33,787 nt of DNA. It comes from Octopus bimaculoides (Eukaryota). The first letter of the stretch is position 1, and each line of letters begins with the position of its first letter. Shown here in pieces: positions 12,563 through 24,876 of the stretch. The stretch lies in contig NC_068985.1 in NCBI RefSeq assembly GCF_001194135.2, positions 66,725,513 to 66,759,299 on the forward strand, read 5' to 3'. A program made the position numbers and the translations under genes. Under the pieces are notes generated by a model, which was not told the DNA's origin, ran no database searches, and saw nothing but the letters and a program-made list of their open reading frames with translations.

Positions 12563-12756
12563 GGTTTTTGTAATTGTGAAATTTTTTCGCCATGAACGGT
12601 TTGTGTTTTTAAACGCAGTGTATTTTTTCTGATGTTATATTTATTCCTGAATGATGTGTAAAGAAATTTTGATTTAAGACTCTTAATGAATTCTTTATAC
12701 TGAAATATATATTGAAGAAGATAAATATGTTCATTTGAATTTATACGTTTTTGCAT
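12563..12756 (-). repeat. Inverted partner of 8933-9104; possible PLE ORF start (MQKRINSNEHIYLLQYIFQYKEFIKSLK)
   Basis: The sequence match to 8933-9104 is seen directly. The YL..xI....IK(R/S)L.xK spacing resembles recalled N-termini of this PLE type. Confidence 0.6.
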
Positions 12757-12804
12757 CGTAACTCCTTTATTATTATTTATAAGTAGAGGTAGAAGGAGGA
12801 GAGA

Positions 12805-12903
12805 GAAGAAGAAGAAGAAGAAGAAGAAGAAGAAGAAGAAGAAGAAGAAGAAGAAGAAGAAGAAGAAGAAGAAGAAGAAGAAGAAGAAGAAGAAGAAGAA
12901 GAA
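12805..12903. repeat. (GAA)n microsatellite, about 33 units
   Basis: Read directly. Confidence 0.97.
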
Positions 12904-13096
12904 ATTGGAAAAGAAGAGAAAGAACTATAAAAATACGGGAGTGATATGACAGTAGTAGGATGTTGGTGGAATCTTAAATGGTCAGAGTCCTAAAAGTGAT
13001 CTGTTGTGGTTGTAATAGCATTGACTGGAATTGCTCTGAATAAATTCATGGGTAATGACTCTAAAGAAAATATCGTTTTTAATATTTGCGTGCGTA

Positions 13097-14500
13097 TTAT
13101 TCTAAGGCCCCTGCAGTAATGTCATTTGTGTTTGTGATAAAATAGAACTCTTCGCTAAATCGCTGACTACAGGTTGCATCGTCCTTGATTTTATACAGGA
13201 GAAAAATTCTGAAGCTGGGCTGTTCGTTAGAGGCGCAAATGTGTTCGCTGAATGCTATTTTTCTGTATTCCCGAATTTTGATCTGAGATCTATGTAGAGC
13301 CATCCTTTGACGTAGAGTGTTTTTGGTTTGGCCTATGTATTGTTCTTGACACCCTGAGATAGTTAATGCATATATTAGGTTTCCCAAAGCACATGTGAAG
13401 TTGTTTTTCATTGTAAAACGTTGACCCTGATTGAAAAAGAACTCCGATCTCAGGATTAGGTTGACGCATATACCACAGTTAGGTCTGCCGCATTTTTTTA
13501 CTAACGGCTTCAGTGTTATTGTGGAGCGTACTTGGGCTTGAGTTGGGAGTCTTTTCATTGATTTGGGTTGTCTTTTGCTCTTTATGATGGTGTGGGTTTA
13601 GAGGATTAAATTCATTCTGTGGTCCCTTTCTAGTAAGGGAATGTTCCGGAGGATGGTGTCGAAATTTTCGTTCTTAAGGGGGTTGGGCGTGGAGATGTAT
13701 AGTAGGGCTTCTGGTTGTAAATCCGTCTTCAGTTTGGGATACCTGAGTTTGTGGATGTTGCGTTGTAAGGCACCTTGAAAGCTTATATCAATTAGTGATT
13801 GTGGGTAGGTCCTGGTAATAATTGTAGTCGTGTGTCCCTGGTGCTTGTATTAGAAACTATAGTATAAATCCATTTAGCTAGGTTGAAGGGGATATTTATT
13901 CTAGTGTGACTGGCATGAGTTGAACGGTAGATATTTCTTGGAGTCCGTGGGTTTATAGTATATATCTGTTTCTATTTTGTTGTTGCGATTTCTTAATGAG
14001 GATGCTGAGCAATGGAAGTTCTTGATGGCTCTCTTCAATCATAAATCGAATGCTTCTGTCAAGTCCATTTATAAGTGCTTCAAATACTTTAAGTTTCTCT
14101 ATACTTTCATGCAAAAGAATGAAACAATCATACAGATACCTCTTCCAGTTATTTGCTATGTAGAGGGCGAATGGGTTGACGCATTTTTCTAGTACATTAC
14201 AATAAAGACTAATTTCTAGATATCCCATGACTAGGTTAGCAAAGGATATTTCAATACCATATGACAATTCATGGACAATTCGAGATGAGTGGCATACTAG
14301 AAAGCAAGATCGATTACAGAGTTTGCCCTGAGAGCCTGATGCAACTCTCAGTGTTAAAGGAGGAGTGTTGCGGAAGCCAATAATAGCTGCAGTAATACGG
14401 GAACTTGAGTTTGGTGTAATGTCGGGAAGTGGGGTAAATCGCCTTGCGCAGCGGTTGAGTTGCTAATAAAAGATCGAAACTAGGGGGGACCACATTATTC
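13097..14500 (-). mobile_element. 5'-truncated, decayed Penelope-like element (Neptune-like: Cys-rich linker then C-terminal GIY-YIG)
   Basis: RT remnants: SFDL..YYWL..SFNTE, FANLVMGYLE, WKRYLYDCFIL, ETDIYYKPTDSK. Endonuclease: KCGRPNCGIC..NFTC..NLIYAL..YIGQTKNTLRQRMALHRSQI..FSEHIC. Confidence 0.9.
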
Positions 14501-15750
14501 ATTTTCGGTCCGATTTCATAGTTAGGCCCTACTGTTCAACAAAAGTGTCCTGTATCGTCTATGGTTTTACTGCTGCTGTGTAAACATGAGCCATCTCGAG
14601 CAGATCGGTCCATTACAACTGTTAACTCATGCTATGCAACATACATTGTATAAGGAATCTGGCATGCGTTAGATCTTTATTGGTTTAGATTTGGTGACTG
14701 TTTGTTTCCAAGGATTATTTTTCATGTTTATTTTTCTCCGTTAATAATTTGCATGTTCTATTTCGATTTTCCCTGTTAGATTCGTAATGCACGATCTAGG
14801 ATTTTAGCCCACTTATAGATGTGACAATTCGCAACTTCTAAGTAAGTTATAAATTTAGACACTGACTGATATTACAGAGTTGTTCTTCAAGAAATGTGAA
14901 ACTGATACCGTAAATATATATTTAGGCCAACCAAGTGTGCAGGTATACTTAATATACGGTTAAGCTATATTAACACTAATAAAGATGTCACTGTTTTATA
15001 AACAATTAGGGAAGAGATTTAGATACAATATTCTTCTACGGACAATGAGGATAAAGGTAATGGTGATATGTATTACAATAGTAGTTGTGGCTCAGATGCA
15101 GATAAGATGTTATAATTGTGATTGATTTTATTGATACTGAAGATTGGGGTATTAATGGTGTTGAAAATTATAAAAATGATAATGATGATGGTGGTGGTTG
15201 TGGTGACAATAGCTTAACTATATTGGAGCTATAATAGCTATAATTAGTAGTTTAAAATGTATCAGCAGCCGTTTATATTTTAACCAATGTACTTATAGTG
15301 TAAGTAATATGCCTAATCTATTTAAGGAAGTCGTGCAATTGCTTCGTATATGATGCTGTTTCACAGTCTCTGGCGATCTCTTTCCTTGTTTTCGTTGATT
15401 TAATTTATTAACATTCAATTCTAAAGAAATCAACCTCTTTTTTTTTATTTAATGTTTATCATATAGCGTACGTGGTTAATGATAGAAATAAATGTAACTT
15501 GAGGGCTACTTGAGCGTACGATGAACATCATTATCCTAGAATTGAAATAATAAAACGAGTTTGAAGACAAAATTGAAAAGAAAACAATGAAATACCGAGC
15601 TTTGATTTCTGAATGATATATAGAAATGAATGAAGAAATTTACGATCGTAACCAATGCCACGCTAAAATAAATTTGTTCAATCTTAGGGATAGCCCTTTA
15701 CTCACCACATCACACGCACACACACGCACGCATGTACACACTTACATATG

Positions 15751-15782
<32 letters not shown>

Positions 15783-16014
15783 CGTATCTACGTATGTGTG
15801 TGTAAAGTGCCAATTATCCCCAATACAATAAATGATTCAACATTTACCTTTCAGTGAATTTAGATAATTTCGGAATCTTTAGGAACATTAACATATCAAT
15901 CGACCAAATTAACTGATGGAATTTTGACAATACAGACATAAATTAATGCGTTATATGCGAATAATCAAAATACATCGTCAATCGCATTTGTGATGAATAT
16001 GCTTATAAAATTTG

Positions 16015-18890
16015 GTAAGCTAACATCCAAATATCCCGAACACTCTCCAAATCTTCCGTACAGACAAAAGAAAATGCAGTCACAGTAGATTTGCAATGTA
16101 CATCCGCGAAGATGTCACACCATTAACTCTGTTATCGAACGCGAACTTGGTGTGTGACACACTCATTGTACATCTAAAGCAACTTGATATAATGATATGC
16201 ACACTAGATCGCCTAGCTGATGCCTGAAATCATGATGGAAAATTTGAGGAATGCCTCAGTGTGATAAAGGAAGTACTAACACAATTAGATCAACGTACTA
16301 CTATAATCCTGATGGGTGACTTCAACTTCCTCAACATCAGGTGGCCTGAGGGCAATATAATCCCAGGAATGACGCACAAAGAGCAAAATCAAGCAGAATC
16401 TCTACTTGACCTTACGAAAATGCTATTCATGGAGTAGATCATACTCTCTCTCCAACCAGGTATAAAAATATCCTGGACATCTGTTTTACAAACAATGTGG
16501 AAATTATCCACAGCGTAAATATATCACCGACAATATTCTCAGAGTATAACATGATAGAACTGATAATATATGGCCCAGAATTAACTAAACATAAACTCCG
16601 CGCAGATGACTCTCAAACCCTATCCAGCCTAAATTTCTATAAGGCTGGCTGGAAGTCACTTGTAAAACAGATACTCCAGCAGGACTGGCCTAAAAGCCAC
16701 TCTATGCAAGACATAGATACGAAACCCAATAAATTCATGTCAATAATGCGAGCCTTATGCATTAAATATATCCCAGAGAAGGGAGCCAATACACACAAAA
16801 ACATCATTCCCCGAGACAGGAGAGTACTCATGCGGCGGAGATAAAGATCTAGGATCGCTGAAACAAGCACCTTAATGCCAGTGTGAAATCCCACCTGACA
16901 GAGAAATTCTTCGAAATAGAAACTAAACTCAAAATCTCCTATGAAAAAGAATGAGAAGAAAGAGAAACCTGAGTAGTCGAAAAAAAAAAAAAAGAAATCC
17001 TAAAGCCTTCTACACGTTGGCAAAGTAGTCTGCCTCAGTACGCTATAAGAGAGGGTCACTATTTGGTAAAAACGGTTCACTAATTGCAGACCCAGGGAAG
17101 ATAAGTGAAGCACTAAATAAACAATTCCAAAATGTTTTCACTTCTCCACTGCAAAATATGCAAATAAACAGGTCGAAGGAGTTTTTCAATGTAATGAATC
17201 TATTTGGAAAGGAGGCAACCATAACAGAAGACCATGTAATATCGGTCATTGATGAGATGAGATCAAACTCAGCAACAGGCCCAGAAGGACTCCCAGCTAT
17301 TTTCTTAAACACATAAAAAGGCTCTTGCAAATCCACTGCAGATACTCTTTCAGAGTTTCCTTGACTGTGTTAAACTTCCCAGCATGCTAAAAGAGGATAT
17401 AATATGCCCTGTCCATAAAGGACGGAGCATAGCAGATGCTAAAAACTACAGGACCATCTCTCTGACCTCACAAGTTAGCAGAACAATGGAACGCATTGTC
17501 CGAAAAATGGCTGATCACGTTCCTAGAGGAAAACAACTTTCTCACAAATATGCAACATGTCTTCCATCCAGGGAGGAGCTGCCTCACACAGTTGCTGCAT
17601 CACTTTGACTGGGTACTGAAGTAACAGCTAAACCCATCAGCTGTAGATGTGATACACCTCGACTTTGCCACGTTTTTCGACAAGGTTGATCATGGTATGA
17701 TATATCACAAGCTGCGTAACCTTGGTATCACCGGGAAACTGGGAGAATGTTTGCATGATTTTTCTGAAGGGCATGAGTCAGACAGGTGTAGCCAATGGTC
17801 CTCACTCTGAAGAGACACAAATTCTCAGCGGAGTCCCAAAGGGAACTGTACTGGGGCCGCTATTATTTGTGGTGGCCCTGTCAGACATGTCCTCGGTGGT
17901 AAGTCAGCCAATCGAACCAGTTGTGCTGACGACGACACAATAGTATCGCAGGCAGGTGGGGACCCATAGGACATCATGAAACTGCAGAAAGACCTCAACG
18001 AAATCTACAAATGGGCTAACAAAAATAGCATGCAATTCAATGCTATGAAATTTCAGGCACTCCACTATCAGTCCAACACCAGGCTAAAATCGGATTACAC
18101 TGAACCAGAAGGTAATATGACCCCAGAGTCAGAGTCGGTGCGTGACCTGGGAGTTTACATGAGCAATGAAACAACACTCCATGTGCATATTACCATGATG
18201 GCGTCACTGTGCAGGCGAGTGGCTGGCTGGATTCTGAGGACATTCACAATGAGAAAAAGGGAAGCCCTGCTATTCCTACGGAAGACATTCGTTCTCAATC
18301 GCTTGGACTACTGCTCCCTATGGTCCCCAGAGTGTGTAAAACAAACTGTGGAACTCAAAGCAATCCATCACCAGTACACAAAGAAGATTGACCCGATGCA
18401 AAAGATGGGCTACTAAGAGAGGCTAAAGGAGCTGTGTCTCTATTCCTATGAGAGAAGATGAGTGAGATGTGCGGTGATGTATATTTGGAAAATCTTTGAG
18501 GGTTTGGCTCCCAATTTTGAATTTGACAGATATACCAATCCTCGAACTGGACGGCACTGCAACATACCAAAGATCTTGTCTTCCCTATCTAAAATAAGAA
18601 CACAGTACTGCAATATTCTGGGTTTGAAGGGGCCGCAATTGTTCAACACCCTTCCAGGCAACCTTAGAGATCTATATGGTGTTGATGTAGAAGCTTTCAA
18701 GGAACGTGTGGACAGGTTTCTATCTGAGATACCAGATGAACCTACATCGCGGCAGGAGACACAAAGAAGAGCAGCTCCGTCCAACTCGCTACTTCACCAA
18801 TAACAATTTAGGAAATAACACCGAGTAACTAAATGTGTTGTACCAGCATGGCCTCAGCCCTGTGTTGAAACCAGTAAAAGATAAAACATA
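16015..18890 (+). mobile_element. Decayed CR1/L2-group LINE ORF2 (APE endonuclease plus RT)
   Basis: APE motifs: IFRTD, LMGDFNFLNIRW, ILDICFTN. RT motifs: YRTISLTS, DVIHLDFA..FDKVDHG, SGVPKGTVLGPLLF, ADDT, LQKDLNEIYKW, VRDLGV, RLDYCS. C-terminal motifs: GPQLFNTLP, FKERVDRFL. Many stops and frameshifts. Confidence 0.93.
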
Positions 18891-19391
18891 AGCATATGTT
18901 TACATAAATTAAAAAAAATATGGTATCATATACAACTGGTTTTCGAACAACTATATCTTTCATTGAAACAGAGAACGGAAAACATTAGAATTAAAGTTTT
19001 CATCAAAAATTGGGATAGAATGCATGCTATTTAATATATAGCTATCATTTCAAATACTTTCGGTTTTGACTGACTAATGAGAGCCTGGCTATAACAGAGA
19101 GCGACAGATTTCAAGATTTGCAACTCACTGATGTGCACTCTAAAACAGAAAGAGACTGCCTTCACTACCCTCAGCCAGTACTCCTAGAAGGGGTGACCAA
19201 CGCTTCAGTGAGAGATCTCTGTACTGTTCAAACGATATAGTGACTTGTATGCATCTATATTTTACCTCGATTCCTATTACTCATCAGGCCGTATCCCAGT
19301 TTCCATGACGAATATATGACCGAGATCACGACATTCTCCTTGAAAGAGACACCAGTCCATAGCAGGTTTCAAGACCAGCAATTTTGAGGAA

Positions 19392-19510
19392 GAAGGGGTA
19401 AGTCGATAAAATGACTGCAATACTAGACTGGTACTTTATATAATTGACCCGACCCGAAGGGATGAAAGGCAATGTTGATCTCGGGGAGATTAGAGCTCAC
19501 AAGGTAAAGA
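19392..19510 (-). mobile_element. Degenerate SINE body fragment
   Basis: Reverse complement of cccgaagggatgaaaggcaatgttgatctcgg matches the gccgaggtcgactttgtctttcatcctttcg motif at 24340-24370. Confidence 0.6.
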
Positions 19511-19708
19511 AAGATGTGGCCCTAAACTTTTTCTCTGAAGCGATATGACAGTACGGCTTGCCATCTGATACGTTTGTGTGCGTGTTTATATATATATATA
19601 TATATATNNNNNNNNNNNNNNNNNNNNNNNNNNNNNNNNNNNNNNNNNNNNNNNNNNNNNNNNNNNNNNNNNNNNNNNNNNNNNNNNNNNNNNNNNNNNN
19701 NNNNNNNN

Positions 19709-22210
19709 TTTAAGAATTTATCAAGTAGTCAGCGTGAAAAAAACCTCATAAGGAAAAAAGCCATCATTTTTTTCCATAAATATATATAATATAATCTATA
19801 TACGGGCATTATTATAAAATAAAGTCTCACGCTTAGAGGGACTTAATAAGTCAAAACTACGAAAATAAGCACATGTTTACTGATCGCGGGGTATGCAACT
19901 TTCAAAGCTAACCTCCTAAAAAGTTTTAACTTAACGGCAAACCACTGGTTTCATAATTAATACAGCAAAACTATGCAGTAAGCTGCATCTTTTATTCATC
20001 AGTGCACGTATGGTCAAGACACATAAAGAATAAACGAAAATCGTCACCCTGATGTACCCAACAACAGCAGCACGGGGACTTCTGTTCATCCTTATATATC
20101 CGTGAAAAAGGCGGGCTATTCAAGTTACATTTTCGGCAACATGTGCTTTTACAGATTGATATTCAGCAGTGAATGTATTCTAAATATTTATAATATAATA
20201 TAAGGATAAAATCTTTTTAAGAATTTATCAAGTAGTCAGCGTGAAAAAGACCTCATAAGGAAAAAAGCCATCATTTTTTCCCATAAATATATATAATATA
20301 ATCTATATAAGGGCATTATTATAAAATAAAGCCTCACGCTTAGAGGGACTTAATAAGTCAAAACTACCAAAATAAGCACATGTTTACCGATCGCGGCTAA
20401 TGCAACCTTGCCTCTTTCACGGATATATAAGGATGAACAGAAGTCGCCGTGCTGCTGTTGTTGGGGTACATCAGGGTATGTCGATTTTTGTTTATTCTTT
20501 ATTAGTCCTGACCATACGTGCACTGATGAATAAAAGATGCAGCTTATTGCATAGTTTTGCTGTATTAATTATGAAACCAGTGGTTTGCCGTTAAGTTAAA
20601 AGTTTTTAGGAGGTTAGCTTTGAAGGTTGCATTCCCCGCGATCGGTAAACATGTGCTTATTTTGGTAGTTTTGACTTATTAAGTCCCTCTAAGCGTGAGG
20701 CTTTATTTTATAATAATGCCCTTATATAGATTATATTATATATATTTATGGAAAAAAATGATGGCTTTTTTCCTTATGAGGTTTTTTCACGCTGACTACT
20801 TGATAAATTCTTTAAAAGATTTTATCCTTATATTGTATTATAAATAATTAGAATACATTCAGTGCTGAATATTATTCTGTAAAAGCACATATTGCCGAAA
20901 ATGTAACTTGAATAGCCCGCCTCTTTCACGGATATATAAGGATGAACAGAAGTCGCCGTGCTGCTGTTGTTGGGTACATCAGAGTATGTCGATTTTTGTT
21001 TATTCTTTATGTGTCTTGACCATAAAAGATGCAGCTTACTGCATAGTTTTGCTGTATTGATTATGAAACCAGTGATTTACCGTTAAGTTAAAAGTTTTTA
21101 GGAGGTTAGCTTTGAAGGTTGCATTCCTCGCGATCGGTAAACATGTGCTTATTTTGGTAGTTTTGACTTATTAAGTCCCTCTAAGCGTGAGGCTTTATTT
21201 TATAATAATGCCCTTATATAGATTATATTTTATATATTTATGGAAAAAAATGATGGCTTTTTTCCTTATGAAGTCTTTTCACGCTGACTACTTGATAAAT
21301 TCTTAAAAGGATTTTATCCTTATATCGTATTATAAATAATTATAATATATTTAGTGCTGAATATTATTCTGTAAAAGCACATATTGCCGAAAATGTAACT
21401 TGAATAGCCCGCCTCTTTTACGGATATATAAGGATGAACAGAAGTCGCCCTGCTGCTGTTGTTGGGTACATCAGGGTATGTCGGTTTTTGTTTATTCTTT
21501 ATGTGTCTTGACCATAAAAGATGCAGCTTACTGCATAGTTTTGCTGTATTAATTATGAAACCAGTGGTTTGCCGTTAAATTAAAAGATTTTAGGAGGTTA
21601 GCTTTGAAGGTTGCATTCCCTGCGATCGGTAAACATGTGCTTATTTTGGTAGTTTTGACTTATTAAGTCCCTCTAAACGTGAGGCTTTATTTTATAATAA
21701 TGCCCTTATATAGATTATATTATATATATTTATGGAAAAAAATGATGGCTTTTTTCCTTATGAGTTTTTTTCACGCTGGACTACTTGATAAATTCTTAAA
21801 AAGATTTTATCCTTATATTATATTATAAATAATTAGAATACATTCAGTGCTGAATATTATTCTGTAAAAGCAGATGTTGCCGAAAATGTAACTTGAATAG
21901 CGCGCCTCTTTCACGGATATATAAGGATGACCAGAAGTCGCCGTGCTGCTGTTGTTAGGTACATCAGGGTATGTCGATTTTCGTGTATTCTTTATGTGTC
22001 TTGACCATACGTACACTGATGAATAAAAGATGCAGCTTACTGCATAGTTTTTCTGTATTAATTATGAAACCAGTGGTTTGCCGTTAAATTAAAAGTTTTT
22101 AGGAGGTTAGCTTTGAAGGTTGCATTCCCCGCGATCGGGGAATGCAACCTTATTAAGTCCCTCTAAGCGTGAGGCTTTATTTTATAATAATGCCCTTATA
22201 TAGATTATAT
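19709..22210. repeat. Fold-back array of a ~490-510 bp unit: ~1.4 copies in one orientation, then ~3.5 inverted copies
   Basis: Left-arm period is 507 (19714 vs 20221). Orientation switches at 20409/20410. Anchor gcctcttt recurs at 20410, 20919, 21411 and 21904. The array ends in (TA)n at about 22210. Confidence 0.95.
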
Positions 22211-22242
22211 ATATACATATATATATATATCTTTTTTCTAAT

Positions 22243-22572
22243 ACATTTTGCAGTCAATTGACTTCGGCCGTGTTGTGGCATCCCTGCGAAGAGTTATATT
22301 TGAAGAGATTGACCCCCGGGACTTATTTATTATAGCCTAGTATTTATTCTATGGGTGTCTTTCTCCAGACTGCTAAGTTGCAGGAACGTAGGCACACCGA
22401 CACAGTTTGTCAAGCGCCGGTGGGGGATAAACACGAACACAAAGACAAACACATATAGATATATACCTATATATACGACAGGCTTCTGTCACTTTCCAGG
22501 TACTAGATCAAATCAGAGACTATAGTAGAAGGCATAAGTCAATAGTAGAAGACACTTGTCCAAGGTGCCACG
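22243..22572 (-). mobile_element. Diverged tRNA-derived SINE copy, same family as 29980-30375
   Basis: Shares blocks with that copy: tagcctagta.ttattctat, gttgtcaagcg, ctatagtagaagacacttg.ccaag.tgccacgca. Confidence 0.75.
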
Positions 22573-23052
22573 CATATATATATATGTACTTCTTTGCTCC
22601 TCCAGTTCGTGCCTCACAGCGTTCAATACATACACACTTCACGTCTGGCTGTACAGCCATTTTGTTTGTTTATTTCACTGTTTCGTTTTCCTGTCTTGTT
22701 TTCCGTCCGCCACTACCCTCCACGAAAACAATTTAATTTGTGTTCGTGGGNNNNNNNNNNTCCGTCCGCCACTACCCTCCACGAAAACAATTTAATTTGT
22801 GTTCGTGGGAAGAACCATTTTAACGATGCGTACTGCCTTAATTCTTCGAAACGCCGGGGTTTTAATGGTGGCAGCTGATAAAGGGGATGTTTCTATGTGG
22901 CCTGCTTGTTTGTTGCACCTTGTTTCCCTTTTTGTCCATGTTCTTTAGCCACGTCATTTACCCAGTTATGTATCTATATGTACATGTTGTTGAAGGTATA
23001 TACATACATGTACATATATATGCATATACTCATATATTGTTTATATATATAT

Positions 23053-23097
<45 letters not shown>

Positions 23098-24334
23098 ATA
23101 CATATTTGAATATATAATCTTGAAATAAAAAGCCCACAAATGTTTAAATACAGTTACCCAAAGTTTCCTGGTCGAAATAATGATTTATACCACCATTTAT
23201 AAAGCTGAAAACAAGACGTTTGTCAGTTATCTTTTCAGTAGATAACGTACGAGTTCCACGACTACATTTACAGAAACACGTTAAATATAACAGTATACAC
23301 CGATATTACAATCAACGGATGCTATTCAGAAAGTGAATGATTAATTAATTCCTACTTGTTATATCTTTGTTCACATCAGCAAATTCGTTATTTCCGTTTT
23401 AAATATGAGAATGGCAGTTTGTCGTGGCCTATGAATCACGGATACGGGTATGCTTTTTATACATGTCGCCTTTATATTATTGACTTATATTGATATACAG
23501 TTATATATAATTCTCCATTAGATCGCACTTACTGTCAATTCTGTTACTTAAATGAAACACAAACATTTAGATGTATAGTGGTAGATGAATAAGTAATTAA
23601 CTGATTTATCTAAATAATATAAACATTTTTACATATTGTGAGGCTGAAATATTTTTTATATGACGGACACTAAATCTAGAAAAAAAGAACACAATCTTCA
23701 ATAATAAAGATATCTCAATAATTATATGGCAATCAATTTTGGAAAAGAAAAAGCAATCCTTTTTATTGAAGCGATACATTATTTAATATAATTTCGTGTA
23801 ATAGATTTTCTGCATTAAAGTATACGTTAAAATTGAGAACGAAATATTTAGCATATGAAAGCACACTTAGGTATTTGCAAATGCACACAGAAACATTATC
23901 CTATGCACCAATAGATATTAAGGGTTACAATACACTTTAATTCCAGAAACACATATTTACATAAAAGTTAATGGCAAACATTATAAGAAAATGTAATTGT
24001 AACTCCTTAATAGATTCGTTGTTTTTTTTTATTATAAAATTTCCGAATAAATCAATATAAATGTAATATCAAACCATTCACTAAATANNNNNNNNNNNNN
24101 NNNNNNNNNNNNNNNNNNNNNNNNNNNNNNNNNNNNNNNNNNNNNNNNNNNNNNNNNNNNNNNNNNNNNNNNNNNNNNNNNNNNNNNNNNNNNNNNNNNN
24201 NNNNNNNNNNNNNNNNNNNNNNNNNNNNNNNNNNNNNNNNNNNNNNNNNNNNNNNNNNNNNNNNNNNNNNNNNNNNNNNNNNNNNNNNNNNNNNNNNNNN
24301 NNNNNNNNNNNNNNNNNNNNTATATATATATATA

Positions 24335-24462
24335 ATTCTGCCGAGGTCGACTTTGTCTTTCATCCTTTCGAGGTTGATAGATTAAGAACCAATTGCGTAC
24401 TAGGGTCGATCTCATCGACTGGGCCCTCCCCGAACATTTTGGGCCTTGTGCCTAGAGTACAA
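24335..24462 (+). mobile_element. SINE body and 3' part, followed by (TA)n
   Basis: gccgaggtcgactttgtctttcatcctttcgaggttgat..ggtcgatctcatcgact. This resembles a conserved metazoan SINE central domain (from recall). Confidence 0.7.
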
Positions 24463-24508
<46 letters not shown>

Positions 24509-24876
24509 GTACACATACATTTACACAGGAATTACTTATTGACCTTTCACATAAAATTTTTTAAATAGATTATTGTTTTGAAATAAAAACAACGAAAACT
24601 GTTGTTAATTGCTTTATACGGTGGCAGAACAAGGCTTTTACCAAATCCCGCAAAGATAGAAGCCTATATCTGCATACATAAAAACGTACGCTCACACAAT
24701 CACTCATAAATATATGTATATAACAGTTGAGTATGCTCATCAGTATAAGCAGCATAGTACATTTGACTTGTTTAGTGAAATTTGAAAATAAATTGTAGTA
24801 TATTGACATTTAAAAGTACCTGCTGCTATAATTATGCACTTCTGGAGTCTTATGATCGCTTCTTAGGATCTTGACA

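Noticed and set aside
19270-19300. CTGATGAG on the minus strand; similar partial cores occur near 22835-22855 and 32407
   Set aside because: No correctly placed GAAA or stems, so no hammerhead fold can be drawn.
19709-22210. CRISPR-like array
   Set aside because: Whole ~500-bp units repeat with no unique spacers, and the context is eukaryotic with no cas genes.
22702-22809. 49-bp direct repeat around a 10-N gap; a similar case occurs around 9484-9493
   Set aside because: Typical unmerged contig overlap, an assembly artefact.
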